This document shows, piece by piece, positions 48,378-60,144 of a stretch of DNA of 64,000 nt. The stretch is from positions 227,903 through 291,902 of the forward strand of contig DATJPE010000063.1 of the NCBI GenBank assembly GCA_035506535.1. Reading direction: 5' to 3'. Origin of the DNA: Actinomycetes bacterium (GTDB lineage Bacteria > Actinomycetota > Actinomycetes > DATJPE01). Positions within the stretch are counted from its first letter, which is position 1. Each line of letters begins with the position of its first letter. The notes beneath the pieces are model-generated. The model worked only from the letters and a program-made list of their open reading frames with translations, did no database searches and was not told the DNA's origin. The translations under genes were made by a program, and so were the position numbers.

Positions 48378-51010
48378 TCGTCGGTCTCCTCGTCCTCACC
48401 GCCGGGCGGTGGGTTCGCGACAGTCGTGGTCCCAGGATCCCTCAGGTCCGCCTCCGGCGCGGCTCCGGGCTGCCCCGGCGCGTCGCCCGTCGGCTCCCCA
48501 CCCGAGCCGCCGGCCTCCTCGCCGTCGTTCTCCTCGTCCTCGTCGGTGTCGGCGTTGCGCGCCACACCGACGACCGCGTCGCCCTCGGAGAGCGCGATCA
48601 GGCGGACCCCCATGGTGTCGCGACCACGGCGCTGGAGCTCCTGCTCGGTGACCCTGGTGCGGATCACACCGCCCCCGGCGGTCATCGCGAGGACCTCGTC
48701 GCCCTCGTCGACCACGAGCGCCCCGACGAGCGACCCACGGTGCTCCGGCAGCTTCATGGCGACCACGCCGATGCCACCGCGCCCCTTCGGGGTCCACTCC
48801 TCGAGGGAGGTGCGCTTCCAGAACCCGCCGTCGGTGAAGGTGACCAGGTCGGCCCCGGCGCGGACGACCTCCATGCCGAGCAGCTCGTCACCGGCACGGA
48901 AGCGCATGCCGATGACCCCGCTGGTGGCGCGGCCCATGGCCCGCAGCGAGCGCTCGGTGGCCGGGAAGCGAACGGACTGGCCCTTGCGGGAGACCATGAT
49001 CAGGTCGTCCTGCTCGCCGACCAGCCGGGCCGAGATCAGCTCGTCGTCGTCGCGCAGGTTGATCGCGACGATCCCACCCGTGCGGTTCGAGTCGTACTCG
49101 GCGAGCCGCGACTTCTTGACCAGCCCCTGCCGGGTCGCGAGGACCAGATAGGGCGCCACGGTGTAGTCGCGCAGGTCCAGGACCTGCGCGATGGTCTCCT
49201 CCGGCTGGAACGCGAGCAGGTTCGCCACGTGCTGCCCCCGCGCGTCGCGGCCGGCCTCGGGCAGCTCGTAGGCCTTCGCGCGGTACACCCGGCCCTTGTT
49301 GGTGAAGAAGAGGATCCAGTCGTGCGTCGTGGTCACGAAGAAGTGCTCCACGACGTCGTCGGCGCGAAGCGCTGCCCCGCGCACGCCCTTGCCGCCGCGC
49401 CGCTGCGAGCGGTAGAGGTCGACCTTGGTCCGTTTCGCGTAGCCGCCGCGCGTGATCGTGACGACCACGTCCTCCTCGGCGATGAGGTCCTCCATGGACA
49501 TCTCGCCCTCGGCCGCCACGATCAGCGAGCGGCGCTCGTCGCCGAACTTGTCGACGATCTCGACGAGCTCCTCCTCGACGATGCTGCGCTGCCGCTCCTC
49601 CGAGGCGAGGATCGCCTCGAGGTCGGCGATCGCCCGCTCGATCTCCGCCAGCTCGTCGATGATGCGCTGGCGCTCCAGCGCGGCGAGGCGGCGCAGCTGG
49701 GTGTTGAGGATGTGGTTGGCCTGCAGCTCATCGACGTCGAGCAGCTCCATGAGGCCGGCGCGGGCCTGCTCGACGTCGGGGGAGCGGCGGATCAAGGCGA
49801 TGACCTCGTCGAGCTGCTCGAGCGCCTTGACCAGGCCGCGCAGGAGGTGGGCCTGCTCCTCGGCACGGCGTAGGCGGTAGCGCGTACGGCGCTGGATGAC
49901 CTCGATCTGGTGGGTGATCCAGTGGCGCACGAAGCCGTCGAGGGACAGCGTTCGGGGCACGTCGTCGACGAGGGCGACCATGTTGCAGCCGAAGGTGTCC
50001 TGCAGCTGCGTGTGCTTGAAGAGGTTGTTGCGCACCACGCTCGGGACCGCGTCGCGCTTGAGCACCACGACCAGCCGCATGCCGGTGCGCGCGGAGGAGT
50101 CGTCGCGCAGGTCTGCGATGCCGGGGACACGGCCGTTGTCGGCGAGCTCGGCGATCTTGCGTGCGAGGGCGTCCGGGTTGACCTGGTAGGGCAGCTCGCT
50201 GATGACCAGGCAGGTACGTCCGCGGGAGTCCTCCTCGACCTCCACGACGCCGCGCATCGTGACCGAGCCCCGCCCAGTCCGGTACGCCTGCTCGATCCCG
50301 GCGCGCCCGACGATGAGGCCGGCCGTGGGGAAGTCCGGTCCCTTGATGCGTTCGAGCAACGCCTCGAGCAGCTCCTCGCGCGTCGCGGTCGGGTGCTGCA
50401 GGGCCCAGCGCACGCCGTCGGCGACCTCGCGGAGGTTGTGCGGGGGGATGTTGGTGGCCATGCCGACCGCGATGCCGCCGGAGCCGTTGACCAGCAGGTT
50501 CGGGAACCGCGACGGGAGGACGCGCGGCTCCTCCTGACGCCCGTCGTAGTTGGGCTGGAAGTCGACGGTGTCCTCGTCGATGTCGCGGACCATCTCCATG
50601 GCCAGCGGCGCCAGCCGGCACTCGGTGTAGCGCATCGCGGCCTGTCGGTCGTCACCGCGTGAGCCGAAGTTGCCCTGTCCCTGGACGAGCGGGTAGCGCA
50701 GCGACCACTCCTGGCCGAGGCGCACCAACGTGTCGTAGATGGCCGTGTCGCCGTGCGGGTGGTACTGGCCCATCACGTCGCCGACCACACGGCTGGACTT
50801 CGAGAACGGCCGGTCGGGGCGGTACCCGCCGTCGAACATGGCGTACAGGACGCGGCGGTGCACCGGCTTGAGCCCGTCGCGCACGTCGGGGAGGGCCCGC
50901 TGCACGATGACGCTCATCGCGTAGTCGAGGTAGGAGCGGCTCATCTCGACCTGGAGGTCGACCGGCTCGATGCGCCCGCCCGGCGGCGGCGTGCTGGTGG
51001 TCTCGGTCAC
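48374..51010 (-). CDS. gyrA: DNA gyrase subunit A.
   Basis: '[33 protein letters not shown]' and the active-site Tyr region 'AAMRYTE'. C-terminal beta-pinwheel and acidic tail. Confidence 0.95.
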   Translation of the reverse strand: MTETTSTPPPGGRIEPVDLQVEMSRSYLDYAMSVIVQRALPDVRDGLKPVHRRVLYAMFDGGYRPDRPFSKSSRVVGDVMGQYHPHGDTAIYDTLVRLGQEWSLRYPLVQGQGNFGSRGDDRQAAMRYTECRLAPLAMEMVRDIDEDTVDFQPNYDGRQEEPRVLPSRFPNLLVNGSGGIAVGMATNIPPHNLREVADGVRWALQHPTATREELLEALLERIKGPDFPTAGLIVGRAGIEQAYRTGRGSVTMRGVVEVEEDSRGRTCLVISELPYQVNPDALARKIAELADNGRVPGIADLRDDSSARTGMRLVVVLKRDAVPSVVRNNLFKHTQLQDTFGCNMVALVDDVPRTLSLDGFVRHWITHQIEVIQRRTRYRLRRAEEQAHLLRGLVKALEQLDEVIALIRRSPDVEQARAGLMELLDVDELQANHILNTQLRRLAALERQRIIDELAEIERAIADLEAILASEERQRSIVEEELVEIVDKFGDERRSLIVAAEGEMSMEDLIAEEDVVVTITRGGYAKRTKVDLYRSQRRGGKGVRGAALRADDVVEHFFVTTTHDWILFFTNKGRVYRAKAYELPEAGRDARGQHVANLLAFQPEETIAQVLDLRDYTVAPYLVLATRQGLVKKSRLAEYDSNRTGGIVAINLRDDDELISARLVGEQDDLIMVSRKGQSVRFPATERSLRAMGRATSGVIGMRFRAGDELLGMEVVRAGADLVTFTDGGFWKRTSLEEWTPKGRGGIGVVAMKLPEHRGSLVGALVVDEGDEVLAMTAGGGVIRTRVTEQELQRRGRDTMGVRLIALSEGDAVVGVARNADTDEDEENDGEEAGGSGGEPTGDAPGQPGAAPEADLRDPGTTTVANPPPGGEDEETDE

Positions 51011-51052
51011 GGTGCGGGGTTCCTGTCGCGGCTCGGCGGCTCGGGAAGCGGC

Positions 51053-53041
51053 TCAGATGTCGAGGAAGCGGACGTCGCGGGCGTTGCGCTGGATGAAGCG
51101 GCGACGGCTGTCGACGTCCTCGCCCATCAGCGTGGTGAAGATCTCGTCGGCCTGGGCCGCGTCCTCGAGGGTGACCTGAAGCAGGATGCGCTGCGCCGGG
51201 TCCATCGTGGTGTCCCAGAGCTCGTCGTGGTTCATCTCGCCGAGCCCCTTGTAGCGCTGGATGCCGCCCTCCTTGGGCAGCCGGCGCCCCGCTGTCTGCC
51301 CGGCCGCGATGAGGGCGTCTCGCTCGCGGTCGGAGTAGGCGTACTCCGGCGCGGCGTCGCGCCCCGACCACTTGATCTTGTACAGCGGCGGCTGCGCGAG
51401 GTAGACGAAGCCGTTCTCGACGACCGGGCGCATGAAGCGGAAGAGCAGGGTCAGCAGCAAGGTCCTGATGTGCTGGCCGTCGACGTCGGCGTCGGCCATG
51501 AGCACGACCTTGTGGTAGCGCAGCCGGTTGAGGTCGAAGTCGTCGTGGATGCCCGTCCCGAGCGCCGAGATGATCGCCTGGACCTCCTGGTTCTGCAGGA
51601 TCCGGTCCAGCCGCGCCTTCTCGACGTTGAGGATCTTGCCGCGGATGGGCAGGATCGCCTGCACGCGCGGATCACGCCCCTGCTTGGCCGGACCGCCCGC
51701 GGAGTCCCCCTCGACGATGAAGAGCTCGCACTCCTCGGGGTCGGTCGACTGGCAGTCGGTGAGCTTGCCCGGCAGCCCTCCGCCGCCCATCAGCCCCTTG
51801 CGGTTGCGGGCCAGGTCGCGGGCCTTGCGGGCGGCGATGCGCGCGGTCATCGCGGCCTGGCCCTTGCGGACGATCTCCTTGCCCTCACCGGGGTTCTTCT
51901 CGAACCACTCGCCGAGCCGGTCGTTGACCACGGTCTGCACAAAGGACTTGGCCTCGGTGTTGCCGAGCTTGGTCTTGGTCTGACCCTCGAACTGCGGTTC
52001 GGCCAGCTTGACCGAGATGATCGCGGTCAGCCCCTCGCGTACGTCGTCGCCGGAGAGACGGTCCTCCTTCTTCTTGATCAGCCCCCAGTCCTCCCCGAAC
52101 TTGTTGACCAGAGTGGTGAGCGCGGCGCGGAAGCCCTCCTCGTGGGTGCCGCCCTCGTGGGTGTTGATCGTGTTGGCGAAGGTGTGCACCGACTCGGAGA
52201 ACCCGGTGTTCCACTGCATCGCCACCTCGAGGCTCATCGAGCCGCCCTCGGACTGCTGGGCCTCGAAGTCGATGATGCTGCGGTGCGCGGGGTCCTTGCT
52301 CGCGTTGAGGTGCTTGACGTAGTCGACCAGGCCCCCGTCGTAGCGGTAGGTCACCTCGCGGGGCTGCACCTCCTCGGCGCCGAGGTTCGCCTCCTCGTCG
52401 GTGGGCTCGGGCACCCGCTCGTCGCTCATGTGGATGGTCAGACCCTTGTTCAGGAAGGCCATCTCACGAAGTCGCGTGGAGAGGGTCTGGAAGGAGTAGC
52501 GCGTCGTCTCGAAGATCTCCGGACTGGCCCAGAACGTCACCGTCGTCCCGGTGTCCGCGCTCGGCTCCTCGCGGCGAAGCGGCCCGTCGGGCTCGCCGAG
52601 GGTGTACGACTGGCGCCAGACGTTTCCGTCCCGACGTACCTCGACCTCCAACCTGCTCGACAGCGCGTTCACCACCGAGACGCCGACGCCGTGCAGGCCA
52701 CCGGAGACCTTGTACCCCTCGCCCCCGAACTTGCCGCCGGCATGCAGCACCGTGAGTACCACCTCGACCGCGGGTCGTCCCTCGCTCTCGACCTCATCGA
52801 CCGGGATGCCGCGGCCGTTGTCGACGACGCGCACGCCGCCGTCGGCGAGCAACGTGACATCGATGCGCGTCGCGTAGCCGGCGAGAGCCTCGTCGACCGC
52901 GTTGTCCACCACCTCGTAGACGAGGTGGTGGAGCCCACGCTCGCCGGTGGACCCGATGTACATGCCTGGCCGCTTGCGGACGGCCTCCAGGCCCTCGAGG
53001 ACCTGGATCGACGTGGCGTCGTAGGACAAGCGAGACCTCAT
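51053..53041 (-). CDS. gyrB: DNA gyrase subunit B.
   Basis: '[46 protein letters not shown]', Toprim '[11 protein letters not shown]', '[12 protein letters not shown]'. Confidence 0.95.
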   Translation of the reverse strand: MRSRLSYDATSIQVLEGLEAVRKRPGMYIGSTGERGLHHLVYEVVDNAVDEALAGYATRIDVTLLADGGVRVVDNGRGIPVDEVESEGRPAVEVVLTVLHAGGKFGGEGYKVSGGLHGVGVSVVNALSSRLEVEVRRDGNVWRQSYTLGEPDGPLRREEPSADTGTTVTFWASPEIFETTRYSFQTLSTRLREMAFLNKGLTIHMSDERVPEPTDEEANLGAEEVQPREVTYRYDGGLVDYVKHLNASKDPAHRSIIDFEAQQSEGGSMSLEVAMQWNTGFSESVHTFANTINTHEGGTHEEGFRAALTTLVNKFGEDWGLIKKKEDRLSGDDVREGLTAIISVKLAEPQFEGQTKTKLGNTEAKSFVQTVVNDRLGEWFEKNPGEGKEIVRKGQAAMTARIAARKARDLARNRKGLMGGGGLPGKLTDCQSTDPEECELFIVEGDSAGGPAKQGRDPRVQAILPIRGKILNVEKARLDRILQNQEVQAIISALGTGIHDDFDLNRLRYHKVVLMADADVDGQHIRTLLLTLLFRFMRPVVENGFVYLAQPPLYKIKWSGRDAAPEYAYSDRERDALIAAGQTAGRRLPKEGGIQRYKGLGEMNHDELWDTTMDPAQRILLQVTLEDAAQADEIFTTLMGEDVDSRRRFIQRNARDVRFLDI

Positions 53042-53304
53042 CTCGGCGATTGCGGCGCCCGCGGCACCGGTCGGGGTCCACCGCCTCGGCAGGCGGCGAG
53101 GGATGGATCAGGCCGCCCGGGAAAGCCGGCGGCGGCCTGTCTGACTGCCGCTCATCCTACCCTGTCGAGGCCCCCTCAGCGGCCTCCTGTGGACCCCTGA
53201 GGCCCGTCGTGGCGCGTCGGCAGCGTGTCGATGATTCCCCCTACCGACCCACTGCCTCCGCGGGGCGCAGCGGCGGCGCACGCGGCGCACACCCCATACT
53301 CGTG

Positions 53305-53390
53305 ACAGGCTCGTGCTCGTCGCAGGCCCCTGCTCGTCGCGGCCCTGCTCGTCGCAGGCCCGTGCTCGTCGCAGGCCCGTCCTCGTCCAT
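53305..53390. repeat. Tandem array of about 5 imperfect 15-17-bp repeats (CTCGTCGCAGGCCCGTG) in the gyrB / PaiB-like divergent intergenic region.
   Basis: ctcgtgCTCGTCGCAGGCCCCTG CTCGTCGCGGCCCTG CTCGTCGCAGGCCCGTG CTCGTCGCAGGCCCGTC CTCGTCC, read directly from the sequence. Confidence 0.7.
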
Positions 53391-53419
53391 CGCGACCCGT
53401 CCCCGCCGAGGAGCCAGGC

Positions 53420-54082
53420 GTGTACATCCCCAGACACTTCGCCGCGGGTGCTGATGACGTCCGGGCCCTGCTCGCCGGGCTGGGCGCCGCCGACCTGGTC
53501 ACCATGACCGACGGTGGTCTGGTGGCCAGCTTCCTGCCCCTGCTGCACGAGCCCGAGCCGGGGCCCTACGGACGTCTCCTCGGCCACCTGGCCCGGCCCA
53601 ACGACCAGTGGTCGCGGACCCCGACGGGTGAGGCCCTGGTCATCGTGCACGGTCCGAACGGCTACGTCAGCCCCACCTGGTACGCCGCCAAGGCGGTCCA
53701 CGGCCGCGTCGTCCCCACCTGGAACTACGTGACGGCCCACGTGTACGGCCGGCTGGTCGTCCACGACGACCCGGTCTGGCTGCAGAGCCTCGTGCGCCGG
53801 CTGACCGAGCGCCATGAGCGCGGCCGGGACCCGGTGTGGAGCGTGGATGACGCACCCGAGGAGCACATCGCCGGCCAGCTGCGCGCCATCGTCGGGATCG
53901 AGGTGCTGATCAGCCGGGTGGAGGCCAAGCTCAAGCTCAGCCAGAACCGTCCGGCGAGCGACCTGCCGGGCTTGGTGGCAGGGCTGCGCGCCGACGGCCA
54001 GGAGGAGCTGGCAGGGGCGGTCGCCGATGCCAACGCGTCACGCGCGGCTGGCGAGACCTCCGACGGGACGGGTCAGCCGTAG
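53420..54082 (+). CDS. FMN-binding negative transcriptional regulator, PaiB family.
   Basis: 'MYIPRHFA', 'HGPNGYVSPTWY', 'VPTWNYVTAHVYG', 'KLSQNR' are PaiB-family motifs. Confidence 0.7.
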   Translation: MYIPRHFAAGADDVRALLAGLGAADLVTMTDGGLVASFLPLLHEPEPGPYGRLLGHLARPNDQWSRTPTGEALVIVHGPNGYVSPTWYAAKAVHGRVVPTWNYVTAHVYGRLVVHDDPVWLQSLVRRLTERHERGRDPVWSVDDAPEEHIAGQLRAIVGIEVLISRVEAKLKLSQNRPASDLPGLVAGLRADGQEELAGAVADANASRAAGETSDGTGQP

Positions 54083-54702
54083 GTGTCGCGAGGGCCCCGC
54101 CCGCCCGCGGAGAGTGGACCCTTGCGCCAGCTCGGCCGTCCCGGCCCCCGGACGTCGACGCGCGTGACCACGTCGTGCCCGACCTCCTCGCCGAGGCGCC
54201 GCAGCAGCTGGGGGGCCAGCGCCCGCAGCTGAGTGGCCCAGGCGGTGGACTCGGCCCGCACGACGAGCACCCCGTCGGTGAAGGTCTCGGGGGCGCAGTG
54301 CTCGGCCAGATCCGCACCGACGATCTCGGCCCAGCGGCCCAGGACCGCGCCCGCGGCCACCTCCGTCTCCCAGCCCCGATCGGCCAGCAGCCGCCGCACC
54401 GCGTCCCCGAGCCGTTGCGGGTCACGGTCGTCGGGGCGGGAGCCGCTCACCGGCCCCGCCTCGCCGCGCCGAGCGGCCCGGCGGCGAAGCCGCGCCGCGC
54501 CGTTGGCTCGCGCGTCCGCCTTGGCGCGCGCGAGCATGGCCCGGGCCAGGTCCGGCCCGGCGGGTGGCGCCGCCGGCTCCGCCGCGCCCGGTCCGTCGGG
54601 TCCCGCCCGACCCGGATCAACCGGCCCGGGGCCCGCCCGACCCGACTCAGCCCGACCCGACCCAGCCCGACCCGACTCAGCCCGACCCGACTCAGCCGAC
54701 AC
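54073..54702 (-). CDS. DUF721/DciA-like protein (Rv0004 positional homolog), with an N-terminal (A/G)ESGR x4 repeat insertion.
   Basis: C-terminal '[72 protein letters not shown]' is the DUF721 core. The start is inferred at the GTG at 54702, overlapping the recF stop by 11 nt. An ATG at 54537 is the alternative. The 546-aa ORF-track entry is rejected as a single gene. Confidence 0.6.
   Translation of the reverse strand: MSAESGRAESGRAGSGRAESGRAGPGPVDPGRAGPDGPGAAEPAAPPAGPDLARAMLARAKADARANGAARLRRRAARRGEAGPVSGSRPDDRDPQRLGDAVRRLLADRGWETEVAAGAVLGRWAEIVGADLAEHCAPETFTDGVLVVRAESTAWATQLRALAPQLLRRLGEEVGHDVVTRVDVRGPGRPSWRKGPLSAGGRGPRDTYG
54636..54695. repeat. 15-bp tandem repeat x4 (CCCGACCCGACTCAG), encoding SGRAE-type pentapeptides in the DUF721 N-terminus.
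   Basis: Units at 54636-54650, 54651-54665 (one mismatch), 54666-54680 and 54681-54695, immediately 3' of the recF stop. Confidence 0.8.
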
Positions 54703-55813
54703 GGCGCACCCCGCTGTCCGCCACCTCGACCCGTGCCCCGTCCAGCACGGCGGGGACGTCGTCGGGCACCGCCGCGGTGACCAGGACCTGCTCGGCCGGA
54801 GCCACCAGTTCGGCCAGGCGAGCCCGCCGGCCGGTGTCGAGCTCGGCGAAGACGTCGTCGAGGACCAGCACCGGCTCGCCGCCGTCCGCGCGCAGCAGGT
54901 CGTAGGCCGCCAGACGCAGCGCGAGCGCGTACGACCAGGACTCACCGTGACTGGCGTAGCCGCGCGCCGGCAGCCCAGCGAGCTCGAGGGCCAGCTCGTC
55001 GCGGTGAGGCCCGACGCTGGACACTCCCCGCTCCAGGTCCGTCCGGCGCGCCATCCGCAGCGCGTCGAGCAGCACGTCCGTGAGCTCGCCACGACCGCCG
55101 GGCAGGTCCTCCCCGGCGCTGCAGACGTACCCGAGCTCCACCGTGCCGCTCTCGGGTGCGAGCGCGGCGTACGCCTTCGCCACGAGGGGCTGCAGCTGGG
55201 TGGTGAGGGACAGCCGCGCTGCCAGCAGCTGGGCGCCCGCCTCGGCCAGGTGGCTGTCCCACACGTCCAGGGTCGGCAGTTCGCCGGCCCCCCGGAGCCG
55301 GGCGGCGCCCGCGGACTTGAGGAGGGCGTTGCGCTGCTTGAGCACGCGCTCGTAGTCGGCCCGGACCGCGGCGAAGCGGGGAGTGCGAGCCACGAGCAGG
55401 TCGTCGAGGAAGCGACGCCGCTCGGATGGGTCCCCCTTGACCAGGGCCAGGTCCTCCGGAGCGAAGAGCACCGTGCGCAGGATGCCCAGGACGTCTCGGG
55501 CACGCGGGACCGGGCCTCGGTTGACGCGCGCGCGGTTGGACCGCCCCGGCGTGATCTCGATCTCGACGAGGGTGGGGCGATCGTCGCGCACCACGGCGAC
55601 TCGGACCACGGCACGCTCCGCGCCCCGACGGACCAGGGGGGCGTCACCCGCGACCCGGTGGCTGCCGAGCGTGGCGACGTACCCGAGCGCCTCGACCAGG
55701 TTGGTCTTGCCACGCCCGTTGGGACCCAGCAGCACGCTCACCCCCGGGGCGAGCTCGAGCTCCACCTCGTGGTGGTTGCGGAAGTCGCGCAGTGAGAGGT
55801 GCGAGACGTACAC
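54692..55813 (-). CDS. recF: DNA replication and repair protein RecF.
   Basis: '[27 protein letters not shown]' Walker A. 'LDDVFAELD' Walker B/D-loop. Confidence 0.9.
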   Translation of the reverse strand: MYVSHLSLRDFRNHHEVELELAPGVSVLLGPNGRGKTNLVEALGYVATLGSHRVAGDAPLVRRGAERAVVRVAVVRDDRPTLVEIEITPGRSNRARVNRGPVPRARDVLGILRTVLFAPEDLALVKGDPSERRRFLDDLLVARTPRFAAVRADYERVLKQRNALLKSAGAARLRGAGELPTLDVWDSHLAEAGAQLLAARLSLTTQLQPLVAKAYAALAPESGTVELGYVCSAGEDLPGGRGELTDVLLDALRMARRTDLERGVSSVGPHRDELALELAGLPARGYASHGESWSYALALRLAAYDLLRADGGEPVLVLDDVFAELDTGRRARLAELVAPAEQVLVTAAVPDDVPAVLDGARVEVADSGVRRVG

Positions 55814-55851
55814 GGGATCCGCCGGCCTCCCCTTCGGCCGCCGGCGAGCGC

Positions 55852-56994
55852 TCAGCCCGAGAGCCGCACCGGCATGAGCAGGTAACGGTAGTCGTCGGTG
55901 GCCACGGCCGCGTCACCGGAGCGTCCGGTCAGGACCGCCGGTTTGGTCGACGTGGTGAACGACAGCACGGCCGTAGGCGCGTCGATGGCCCCCAGGCCGT
56001 CGAGCAGGTACTGCGGGTTGAAGGCGATGGTGATCGCCTCGCCGCTCAGCGTGGCCTCGAGGGCCTCGCTCGCCTGCGCGTCGTCCCCCGCACCCGCGTC
56101 GAGCTGTACCTCCCCGTCGGTGAACGAGAGCCGGACCGGGGCGTTTCGCTCCGCGACGAGCGCGACCCGGCGCACCGCCTCGACGAAGGGCGCCGTCTCG
56201 ATGGTCGCGACGCTCGCCGACTCACTCGGCAGCAGCGCCCGGTACTTGGGGAACTCGCCGTCGAGCAGCCGCGAGGTCGTGCGGCGCGAGCCCGACGCGT
56301 CCTCCGCCTCGAACCCGATCAGTCCCTCCCCGACCCCGCCGGAGCTCAGCGCGAGCGAGATGACATCGCCCGTCGCCAGGGCCTTCGCCGTGTCGGCCAA
56401 CGTGCGGGCCGGGATCAGCGCCACCGCCTGGGCCTCGGCGGACCCGGGGTCCCAGCCGAGCTCGCGGACCGCGAGCCGGTAGCGGTCGGTCGCGGCGAGG
56501 GTCAGCTTGCCGCCGTCGATCTCGAGCCGGATGCCGGTCAGGACCGGCAGCGTGTCGTCTCGCCCGGCCGCCACGGCCACCTGGGAGACCGCCGCGGCGA
56601 AGCTCGACCCGCGGACGGTCCCGGACACCGCCGGCATGTCCGGCAAGGAGGGATAGTCCTCCACCGGCAGTGTGGGCAGCGAGAAGCGGGCGCTGCCGCA
56701 CACGAGCAGCACCTTGGTGCCCTCCGTGGTCAGGGTCACCGGGCGTGCGGGCAGGCTGCGGCTGATCTCGGCCAGCAGGCGCCCGGACACCAGCGCGGTC
56801 CCGCTCTCCTCGACGCCCGCCTCGACCCGCACCCGCGCCGACACCTCGTAGTCGAAGGAGGAGAGGGTGAGGTGGGAGTCGGCCGCCTCGACCAGCAGGC
56901 CGGCCAGCACCGGGACCGGCGGGCGCGCCGGAAGGCTGCGCGCCGCCCACGCGACCGCGTCCGCGAGTACGTCGCGCTCGAGCCGGATCCTCAC
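55852..56994 (-). CDS. dnaN: DNA polymerase III beta sliding clamp.
   Basis: 380 aa, '[22 protein letters not shown]', three-domain length, located between dnaA and recF. Confidence 0.9.
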   Translation of the reverse strand: MRIRLERDVLADAVAWAARSLPARPPVPVLAGLLVEAADSHLTLSSFDYEVSARVRVEAGVEESGTALVSGRLLAEISRSLPARPVTLTTEGTKVLLVCGSARFSLPTLPVEDYPSLPDMPAVSGTVRGSSFAAAVSQVAVAAGRDDTLPVLTGIRLEIDGGKLTLAATDRYRLAVRELGWDPGSAEAQAVALIPARTLADTAKALATGDVISLALSSGGVGEGLIGFEAEDASGSRRTTSRLLDGEFPKYRALLPSESASVATIETAPFVEAVRRVALVAERNAPVRLSFTDGEVQLDAGAGDDAQASEALEATLSGEAITIAFNPQYLLDGLGAIDAPTAVLSFTTSTKPAVLTGRSGDAAVATDDYRYLLMPVRLSG

Positions 56995-57459
56995 CGATCC
57001 TTCTCCTCCTCGTCCGGATGTCCTCGCCCGAACCCTAGAGCCTCGCGGTGATGCTCCGCCGGATCCGCCCGATGCCGGGGAACGCGTCGTCCCCAGGCCA
57101 GGCTTGCCTCACCTTGGGGGTTGATCTCCAGATGAAGTCTTGTGGTTCGTGGTCATAGGGGCGGTGGAAACTGGGGACGACGGGGGCCTTGATCTCCTCG
57201 CCTCGCCCTGTCCCCGCAGGTCAGAGCGCCGACGGCGACGTCGCGGCGGGCGACCGGAGGCCCTTCGTCCCTGGGGAGGACCTGGGGACGTCTCGGCCCG
57301 TGGCGGGCAGCGGTTGGGGATGCCGCCGGCCACGCAGCCGCGACCCACACCGTCCCGGGCGGCGATCCACGCTCGTCCACACAGTTGTCCCCATGCTGTG
57401 CACCCGGGCCGCCGCGCGGCCCACCCCCGTGCCCACCCCGCCGCCGGAGCCGGCCTGGC
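56995..57459. promoter_or_regulatory. dnaA-dnaN intergenic region: candidate oriC with clustered DnaA-box-like 9-mers and a relatively AT-rich stretch.
   Basis: cGATCCACG (57362-57370), TcGTCCACA (57372-57380) and TTGTCCcCA (57384-57392) versus the TTGTCCACA consensus. AT-enriched 'ccagatgaagtcttgtggttcgtggtcatagg' at about 57121-57160. Confidence 0.5.
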
Positions 57460-59028
57460 TCAGGCGCGGGCCTGGGACCGGATCCGGCTGGTCAGCTCGG
57501 TGACCTGGTTGTAGACGCTGCGGCGCTCGGCCATGAGCTGGCGGATCTTGCGTTCGGCGTGCATGACCGTGGTGTGGTCACGGCCACCGAACTGCTGCCC
57601 GATCTTCGGCAGGCTGAGCTCGGTGAGCTCGCGGCACAAGTACATCGCGATCTGGCGCGCGGTGACGAGCACCCGCGAGCGGCTGGACCCGCAGAGGTCC
57701 TCCATCGACAGCCCGAAGTAGGCGGCGGTCTGGGCCATGATCGTGGCCGAGGTGATCTCGGGGCTGGTCGCGTCCGTGATCAGGTCCTTCAGGACGACCT
57801 CGGCCAGCGCCAAGTCGACCTGCTGACGGTTCAGGCTCGCGAACGCGGTGACCCGGATGAGCGCACCCTCCAGCTCGCGGATGTTCGTCGCGATCTTGCT
57901 GGCGATGTACTCGAGGACCTCGGGCGGGGCGGAGAGCCGGTCCTGGGCGGTCTTCTTGCGCAGGATCGCGATCCGGGTCTCGAGGTCCGGGGGCTGGACG
58001 TCGGTGATCAGTCCCCACTCGAAGCGGCTGCGCATGCGGTCCTCGAAGGCCTGCAGGAGCTTGGGCGGCAGGTCCGAGGTGATGACGATCTGCTTGTTCG
58101 CGTTGTGCAGGGTGTTGAAGGTGTGGAAGAACTCCTCCTGGGTCTGCACCTTGCCCGCGAGGAACTGGATGTCGTCGACCAGCAGGACGTCGACGTCGCG
58201 GTAGCGGCGCTGGAAGGCGGCCGCCTTGTCGTCGCGGATGCTGTTGATGAAGTCGTTGGTGAACTCCTCAGAGCTCACGTACCGCACCCGTGCCCCGTTG
58301 TAGAGGCTGCGCGTGTAGTGCCCGATGGCGTGCAGCAGGTGGGTCTTGCCCAGCCCGCTCTCGCCGTAGACGAACAGCGGGTTGTACGCCTTCGCCGGCG
58401 CCTCCGCCACTGCGACGGCGGCCGCGTGCGCGAAGCGGTTGCTCGAGCCGATGACGAAGGTCTCGAAGGTGTACTTCGGGTTCAGCCGACTCGGCTCGGT
58501 GTCCCGGCGGCTGTGCGGTTGGCCGGCGCCTGGACGCACCGGCGGTTCGAAGACGTCGGTGCCGGGGTCCCCGGGCTGCTGGGCGCGGTCGCGCTGGTCG
58601 GGCACCCAGACCTCGAGGCCGCCCTGCGCGGGCCGTGCTGCTAGGGGGTCGACCGCCTCGCGCTGGGCGGCTGCGTCCATCTGGGCGGCGAAGGTCGAGT
58701 CGGCGATGTCGTCGGTGAGCTCGTCCAGGAACCCCCGGTCGCTGAAGTCGGTCTCGGTGGCCTCCGGATCGACGGCGACCGCGATGGCGACGTCGCGGCC
58801 GAGCTCCGCCGACAGGGCCTCGGTCAGTACCGGCCGGAGCCGGTTCTCGATCACGTCGCGCGCGAAGTCGTTCGGGGCCGCGATGAATGCGGTGCCGCCG
58901 ACCAGTCCCATCGGGCGGGTGAGCCGCAGGAAGGCGACGTGACGAGGGGAGACGTCGCCCAGCCCGGCGAGGGTTCGGTTCCACACCTCGACGAGCTCGG
59001 ACGGGACGTCGGTGACCGTGGACTCCAC
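57460..59028 (-). CDS. dnaA: Chromosomal replication initiator DnaA.
   Basis: AAA+ '[21 protein letters not shown]', box VII 'LITSD', C-terminal DNA-binding '[13 protein letters not shown]'. Confidence 0.95.
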   Translation of the reverse strand: MESTVTDVPSELVEVWNRTLAGLGDVSPRHVAFLRLTRPMGLVGGTAFIAAPNDFARDVIENRLRPVLTEALSAELGRDVAIAVAVDPEATETDFSDRGFLDELTDDIADSTFAAQMDAAAQREAVDPLAARPAQGGLEVWVPDQRDRAQQPGDPGTDVFEPPVRPGAGQPHSRRDTEPSRLNPKYTFETFVIGSSNRFAHAAAVAVAEAPAKAYNPLFVYGESGLGKTHLLHAIGHYTRSLYNGARVRYVSSEEFTNDFINSIRDDKAAAFQRRYRDVDVLLVDDIQFLAGKVQTQEEFFHTFNTLHNANKQIVITSDLPPKLLQAFEDRMRSRFEWGLITDVQPPDLETRIAILRKKTAQDRLSAPPEVLEYIASKIATNIRELEGALIRVTAFASLNRQQVDLALAEVVLKDLITDATSPEITSATIMAQTAAYFGLSMEDLCGSSRSRVLVTARQIAMYLCRELTELSLPKIGQQFGGRDHTTVMHAERKIRQLMAERRSVYNQVTELTSRIRSQARA

Positions 59029-59548
59029 GAAGGACCTCCAGCGAAGTGACTATTGGTGATACATCAGGCACTGCGTGTCACGAAGCACTACGTGTCACCG
59101 CCTTGACGCCGACGCGTGCGCCAGCACCGAGGTGCGACCGTGCCGCCCGGGGGCCGCCGGGGTCCCCGTGGGGTCTCCTGCGGTTCGCGCGAACCGGAGG
59201 CGGACTCACCCTGCGGGCGGTCGCAGGGAGAGCCCTGCTGTCCACACGAGAATCCACAGGTTGTGTACGGGGGAAGTCCGGCACCGCGACCCTAGCCAGG
59301 CCGGGCGATCCGGTTCAAGGCGTTGTCCACAGGTACGGCGTGGCGTTCGGCGTGTCGCTCCCCGACCCGCCCGAGGTGAGCGGGAAACTGGGGGGTTGGC
59401 CGAAGGGCACCGAGTCACGCCGACGGTTTGACCGGTCCGGAAGCCGCCCGTACCGTTGGGCCACGAGCAGACCGCTCGCCTTCCCGACGGGGTCGCACCC
59501 CTCATCGCACGTCCGCTGCCCGCAGCGGCGCCGCCGCCAGGAGTTCCT
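59029..59548. promoter_or_regulatory. dnaA upstream / rpmH divergent region with DnaA boxes (autoregulation, possible oriC-left).
   Basis: Perfect TTGTCCACA at 59313-59321. TGTCCACAC at 59229-59237. ATCCACAGG at 59242-59250. TTGTGTACG at 59251-59259. Confidence 0.55.
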
Positions 59549-59686
59549 GTGAGCAAGCGCACGTACCAGCCGAACAACCGCCGGCGGGCCAAGACGCACG
59601 GGTTCCGTCTCCGCATGCGCACCCGGGCCGGGCGGGCCATCCTCTCCGCTCGGCGGCGCAAGGGCCGCGCCGAGCTCTCGGCCTGA
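59549..59686 (+). CDS. rpmH: 50S ribosomal protein L34.
   Basis: GTG start. Translation [45 protein letters not shown] (45 aa) is canonical L34. Confidence 0.9.
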   Translation: MSKRTYQPNNRRRAKTHGFRLRMRTRAGRAILSARRRKGRAELSA

Positions 59687-59766
59687 CCTGGCCGCGCCGG
59701 GCCTGGTAGGTCCAGCCCTCGACCACGCATCCCCCAGCCACTCGTCCAGCAGGAAGTCGAAGCCCC

Positions 59767-60144
59767 GTGCTCCCTCCCGCCAACCGCATGCGCAGCCGGG
59801 AGGACTTTGCCCGGGCGCTGCGCGGGCGGCGGGTCGCCTCCGGACCGCTCGTGACCCACCTGGCGCGGACCGGTACGGACGAGCCGGCGCGGATCGGGCT
59901 GGCGGTCAGCCGCTCCGTGGGGTCCTCGGTGGTTCGGCACCGGGTCGCACGCCGGCTGCGCCACCTGCTGCGCCTTCGCCTGGACCGCTTCGCACCCGGT
60001 GTCCTGCTCGTCGTTCGCGCCCTGCCCGCCGCGGCGACCGCGACCTCCGCGCAGCTCGGCGTCGCCCTCGACTCGGCACTGGACTCTGGGCTGGGCGCGG
60101 GGCTGAACTCTGGGCTCGGCGCCGCACCGGTGGTCAGGCTATGA
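59767..60144 (+). CDS. rnpA: Ribonuclease P protein component.
   Basis: '[22 protein letters not shown]...[25 protein letters not shown]' (RNR motif region). Confidence 0.85.
   Translation: MLPPANRMRSREDFARALRGRRVASGPLVTHLARTGTDEPARIGLAVSRSVGSSVVRHRVARRLRHLLRLRLDRFAPGVLLVVRALPAAATATSAQLGVALDSALDSGLGAGLNSGLGAAPVVRL

Noticed and set aside
54073-55713. 546-aa minus-strand ORF spanning recF and the downstream gene
   Set aside because: It runs in a different frame through most of recF. Only its last about 210 codons (the DUF721/DciA-like protein) are coding. It is treated as two genes: recF (54692-55813) and DUF721 (54073-54702).
59029-59548. Possible CRISPR or other spacer-repeat structure near dnaA, or elsewhere in the window
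   Set aside because: Only DnaA-box 9-mers and short tandem repeats (15-30 bp, at most 5 copies) were found. There are no regularly spaced repeat-spacer arrays and no cas genes anywhere in the window.
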